The translations under genes and the position numbers were made by a program. Below the pieces are notes generated by a model that saw nothing but the letters and a program-made list of their open reading frames with translations, did no database searches and had not been told where the DNA came from. This document shows, in pieces, positions 60,332-64,000 of a DNA stretch of 64,000 nt. Positions within the stretch are counted from its first letter, which is position 1, and the number at the start of each line of letters is the position of its first letter. The DNA comes from Alphaproteobacteria bacterium (lineage in GTDB: Bacteria; Pseudomonadota; Alphaproteobacteria; Bin95): the NCBI GenBank assembly GCA_964291285.2, contig OZ219785.1, positions 160,001 to 224,000 of the forward strand, written 5' to 3'.

Positions 60332-60982
60332 TCAGAGGCCGAGCGCCCGGGGAATGTCCGGGAAGCGCTCCAGCAGAGGCGCTGCGCCGCATGGCCGGCC
60401 ATAGCCGTAGCCGACGCCGATGAACAGCGCTCCCGCGCTCCGCGCCGCCTCCTCGTCATTGCGGGAATCGCCAACCAGCGCCGCAGAGGCGGGCCGGCTG
60501 CCGAGCGGCTCCAGGCAGGCAAGCAGATGGCGCGGGTCGGGCTTGCGGAACGGCGTGCAATCGCCGCCGACCAGCACCTGGAACCGCTCCCGGACGCCGA
60601 GCGCAGAGAGCGTGCGGTCGGCGGCCGCCTGCGGCTTGTTGGTGCAGACGCCGAGCCTGAGGCCGGCCGCCGCCAGCCGCGCCAGCGTTTCCCCGACACC
60701 CGGATAAAGCCGCCCGAGGACCGGCTGGTCTGGGTCCACATAGGCGCTGGCGAAGGCGCGGGCGCCGCGGTCGAGCGCATCGCTGTCCATCGGTCCGCCG
60801 CGCAGCGCAAAGGCGCGTTCGACGGCCTTGCGGGCGCCGTCGCCGATGAGGCGCGCGGCTTCCTCGCTCGTGACCGGCCTGAGGCCCTCGCCCGCCAGCG
60901 CGGCGTTCGCCGCAAACGCGATGTCCGCGGCGCTGTCCACCAGCGTGCCGTCGAGATCGAAGATGACGGTGTCGATTGTCAT
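60332..60982 (-). CDS. gph: Phosphoglycolate phosphatase-like HAD hydrolase
   Basis: FDLDGTLVDS, CTNKP, KPDP, VGDS-x-ND; divergent from glmU. Confidence 0.85.
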   Translation of the reverse strand: MTIDTVIFDLDGTLVDSAADIAFAANAALAGEGLRPVTSEEAARLIGDGARKAVERAFALRGGPMDSDALDRGARAFASAYVDPDQPVLGRLYPGVGETLARLAAAGLRLGVCTNKPQAAADRTLSALGVRERFQVLVGGDCTPFRKPDPRHLLACLEPLGSRPASAALVGDSRNDEEAARSAGALFIGVGYGYGRPCGAAPLLERFPDIPRALGL

Positions 60983-61071
60983 AATCCGAAACAAAGCTTG
61001 AACCGCCGCCGATTGCGCCGCAACGATTTTCGCATAGGTTTCGGGCGGGTTCCGAAAACGGAGGGACGGAC

Positions 61072-62415
61072 ATGGCGCGGCAGGCGCCGGCGGCGGTGGT
61101 GCTGGCGGCAGGCAGGGGCGAACGGATGCGCTCGTCGATGCCGAAGGCGCTGCACGAGATCGCGGGCCGGGCAATGGTCGCCCATGTGGTCGATTCGCTG
61201 GGCGAGCTTGCGCCGGAGCGCATCGTCTGCGTCACCGGGCCCGGCATGGACGAGGTGGCCGCGGCCGCCCGGCCGGCGGAGGCGGCCGTGCAGGCGGAAC
61301 GGCTCGGTACCGGCCATGCCGTGCTCGCGGCGCGCGAAGCGCTCGCCGGTTTCGAGGGCGCGGTGCTGGTGCTGTTCGCGGACACGCCGCTCATCCGGGC
61401 GGAGACGATGCGGGCGCTTGCCGATGCGGTGGACACCGGGGCGGCTGTCGCCGTGCTGGGAATGCGCCCCGCCGGCGCCAACGAATACGGGCGGGTGGTT
61501 CTCGACGAGGCGGGCCGGCCGGAGGCGATCGTGGAATGGCGCGACGCCGGGCCGGAGGCGCGAGCGCTGCCGGTCTGCAATGCGGGCGTCATGGCGGTGG
61601 ACGGCCGCCGGCTCTTCGCGCTGCTCGACCGGGTGGGCAACGACAACGCCAGGGGCGAATACTACCTGACAGACATCGTGGCGCTCGCGCGGGCCGACGG
61701 GCTGGAAACCGCGCTGGTCGAGGTGCGGGAGGAAGAGGCGCTCGGCGTCAACTCGCGCGCCGAACTCGCCCGCGCCGAGGCCGTCATGCAGCGCCGGCTG
61801 AGAGAGAGCGCCTTCGACGCCGGGGTCACGATGCCGATGCCGGAGACGGTCTATCTCAGCTACGACACCCGTTTCGGCAGGGACGTCACCGTCGGCCCGA
61901 ACACGGTGTTCCTGACCGATGTGACGGTCGAGGACAATGTCGATATCCGGGCGTTCTGCCATCTGAAGGGCGCGGTCGTGCGCTCGGGCGCGCGGGTCGG
62001 CCCCTATGCGCGGCTCAGGCCCGGAGCCGATGTCGGGCCCGGCGCAGGGGTCGGCAATTTCGTCGAGGTGAAGAACGCCGTGCTGGAGGCGGGCGCGAAG
62101 GCGAACCATCTCGCCTATATCGGCGATGCGCATGTCGGCGCGGGCGCCAATATCGGCGCGGGCACCATCACCTGCAACTATGACGGCTTCCGCAAGCACC
62201 GGACCGAAATCGGCGCGGGCGCGTTCATCGGCTCCAACACCGCGCTGGTGGCGCCTGTCTCGGTCGGCCCGGGCGCGGTGGTGGGCGCGGGCTCGACCGT
62301 CAGCCGCAATGTCGAGGCGGACGCGCTGGTGGTGGAGCGCGCCGAACAGACCGAACGCAAGGGCTGGGCCGCCCGCCTTCGCATGCGGCGCAGCCGCCAG
62401 TCCCCGGGCGACTGA
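61072..62415 (+). CDS. glmU: Bifunctional UDP-GlcNAc pyrophosphorylase/acetyltransferase
   Basis: LAAG-x-G-x-RM, LGTGHA, EYYLTD, GNFVEVK, TCNYDG. Confidence 0.96.
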   Translation: MARQAPAAVVLAAGRGERMRSSMPKALHEIAGRAMVAHVVDSLGELAPERIVCVTGPGMDEVAAAARPAEAAVQAERLGTGHAVLAAREALAGFEGAVLVLFADTPLIRAETMRALADAVDTGAAVAVLGMRPAGANEYGRVVLDEAGRPEAIVEWRDAGPEARALPVCNAGVMAVDGRRLFALLDRVGNDNARGEYYLTDIVALARADGLETALVEVREEEALGVNSRAELARAEAVMQRRLRESAFDAGVTMPMPETVYLSYDTRFGRDVTVGPNTVFLTDVTVEDNVDIRAFCHLKGAVVRSGARVGPYARLRPGADVGPGAGVGNFVEVKNAVLEAGAKANHLAYIGDAHVGAGANIGAGTITCNYDGFRKHRTEIGAGAFIGSNTALVAPVSVGPGAVVGAGSTVSRNVEADALVVERAEQTERKGWAARLRMRRSRQSPGD

Positions 62416-62428
62416 CGGAGCCCGGCCC

Positions 62429-64000
62429 GTGTGCGGCATTATCGGCATTCTCGGGCGCGGGCCCGTCGCATGGCCGCTGATCGACGCCCTGAAGCGGCTC
62501 GAATATCGCGGCTACGATTCCGCCGGCATCGCGGTGCTGGACAACGGCGCCATCCGCCGCCGGCGGGCGGAAGGCAAGATCGACCGGCTGCGCGACCTTG
62601 TGGCGGCGAAGCCGGTGGAGGGCGCGTCGGGCATCGGCCACACCCGCTGGGCGACGCATGGCGCGGCCAATGAGGCGAACGCGCACCCGCACGCCACCGG
62701 CCGCGTGGCGGTGGTCCATAACGGCATCGTCGAGAACTTCCTGGCCCTCCGCGGCGAGCTGGAGGCGGAGGGCTGCACCTTCGTCACCGAGACCGACACG
62801 GAAGCCGTGGCGCAGCTCATCACGCGCAATCTCGAACGGGGAATGGACCCCGTCTCCGCGACCGATGCGGCGCTGGAGCGGCTCGAGGGAGCGTTCGCGC
62901 TCGCCATCCTGTTCGCCGGCGAGCAGGACCTGATGATCGGGGCGCGGCGGGGCAGCCCGCTGGCCTTCGGTCCGGGCGAGGGCGAGATGTTCCTCGGCTC
63001 CGACGCGCTGGCGCTCGCGCCCTTCACGGACCATATCGCCTTCCTCGAAGAGGGCGACCGGGCGGTGTTCACGCGCAGCGGGGCGGAGGTGCGCGACGCC
63101 GGGGGCCAAGCCGTGGAGCGGCCGGTGCGCCGCAACCGGCTTGCCGGCGCGATGATCGGCAAGGGCAATTACCGCCACTACATGCAGAAGGAGATCCACG
63201 AGCAGCCGACCGTGATCGGCGACACGCTGCGCGCGCTCTTCAACCCGCTGACGCGCGCGGTCGCGCTGCCGGAGCTCGGCATCGACCTGGCCTCCGTCCC
63301 GCGCGTCACCGCGTCCGCCTGCGGCACGGCCTATTATGCGGGCCTTGTCGGCAAATACTGGCTGGAGAGCCTGGCCCGGCTGCCGGTGGACCTCGATATC
63401 GCCTCGGAGCTGCGCTACCGCGAGCCGCCGCTGGAGCCGGGCGGCATGGCGCTGCAGATCTCGCAGTCGGGCGAGACCATCGACACGCTGGAGGCGCTGC
63501 GCTATGCGCGCCGGCAGGGCCTGCATTCGGTCTCCGTCGTCAATGTGGCGGAGAGCGCGATTGCGCGCGAGAGCGACGCCGTCATCCACACGCTCGCCGG
63601 CCCGGAGATCGGCGTCGCCTCGACCAAGGCGTTTACCACCCAGCTGGTCGTGCTGGCGGCGTTCTCGATTGCGGCGGCGCTGGCGCGGGGCGCGATGGAC
63701 GGGCGGGAAGCCGGGCGGCTGACCGAGGCGCTGCTGGAAGTGCCGTCGCGCACGGCGGACATACTGGACCAGGACGACGGCATCGAGGCGCTGGCGCACC
63801 GCCTCGCGACCGCGCGCGACGTGCTCTATATCGGGCGCGGCACCAGCTTCGCCATCGCGCTCGAAGGGGCGCTGAAGCTCAAGGAGCTCTCCTATATCCA
63901 CGCCGCCGGTCATGCCGCCGGCGAGCTGAAGCACGGGCCCATCGCGCTCGTCGACGAAGACGTGCCGGTGGTCGCCATCGCGCCCTCGGACCGGCTGTTC
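62429..64000 (+). CDS. glmS: Glutamine-fructose-6-phosphate transaminase (runs off the right edge; absent from the ORF track)
   Basis: GTG-CGIIG, RLEYRGYDSAG, GHTRWATHG, SQSGET, ELKHGP. Confidence 0.96.
   Translation, partial: MCGIIGILGRGPVAWPLIDALKRLEYRGYDSAGIAVLDNGAIRRRRAEGKIDRLRDLVAAKPVEGASGIGHTRWATHGAANEANAHPHATGRVAVVHNGIVENFLALRGELEAEGCTFVTETDTEAVAQLITRNLERGMDPVSATDAALERLEGAFALAILFAGEQDLMIGARRGSPLAFGPGEGEMFLGSDALALAPFTDHIAFLEEGDRAVFTRSGAEVRDAGGQAVERPVRRNRLAGAMIGKGNYRHYMQKEIHEQPTVIGDTLRALFNPLTRAVALPELGIDLASVPRVTASACGTAYYAGLVGKYWLESLARLPVDLDIASELRYREPPLEPGGMALQISQSGETIDTLEALRYARRQGLHSVSVVNVAESAIARESDAVIHTLAGPEIGVASTKAFTTQLVVLAAFSIAAALARGAMDGREAGRLTEALLEVPSRTADILDQDDGIEALAHRLATARDVLYIGRGTSFAIALEGALKLKELSYIHAAGHAAGELKHGPIALVDEDVPVVAIAPSDRLF

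Overview
GC-rich alphaproteobacterial DNA (taxonomy inferred from gene order and porin type). About 1-46.7 kb is a nested genomic island; about 46.7-64 kb is chromosomal backbone (S8 and HtrA-like proteases, tgt, tatCBA, ABC ATPase, site-2 protease, nagZ, SPOR protein, argS, dgt, enoyl-CoA hydratase, gph, glmU, glmS). From left to right the island holds: (1) a MOBF/TrwC relaxase running off the left edge; (2) a defence cluster with type III-like res...mod, accessory genes nested between them, an AAA ATPase/nuclease-like pair and a RelE-like/UvrD fusion; (3) a mirror-image locus of two divergent porin -> TbpB-like surface lipoprotein -> Slam operons; (4) three co-oriented copies of a two-tyrosine-recombinase module. 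The clearest unexplained structure is that one twin-integrase module sits at the end of a delimited ~13.6 kb element (28395-41955). That element splits an IS5 into two halves that rejoin in frame and is flanked by a 13-bp direct repeat. A second module ends at a related site (GCCGYGGTGT) and truncates a chromosomal gene. Cargo of the 13.6 kb element includes three RHH proteins, SSB, an 8-repeat CxxC zinc-finger protein, three conserved upstream elements, two RTX proteins and a solitary type I-E-like CRISPR repeat. All family calls come from motif recognition by eye; no database searches were run.
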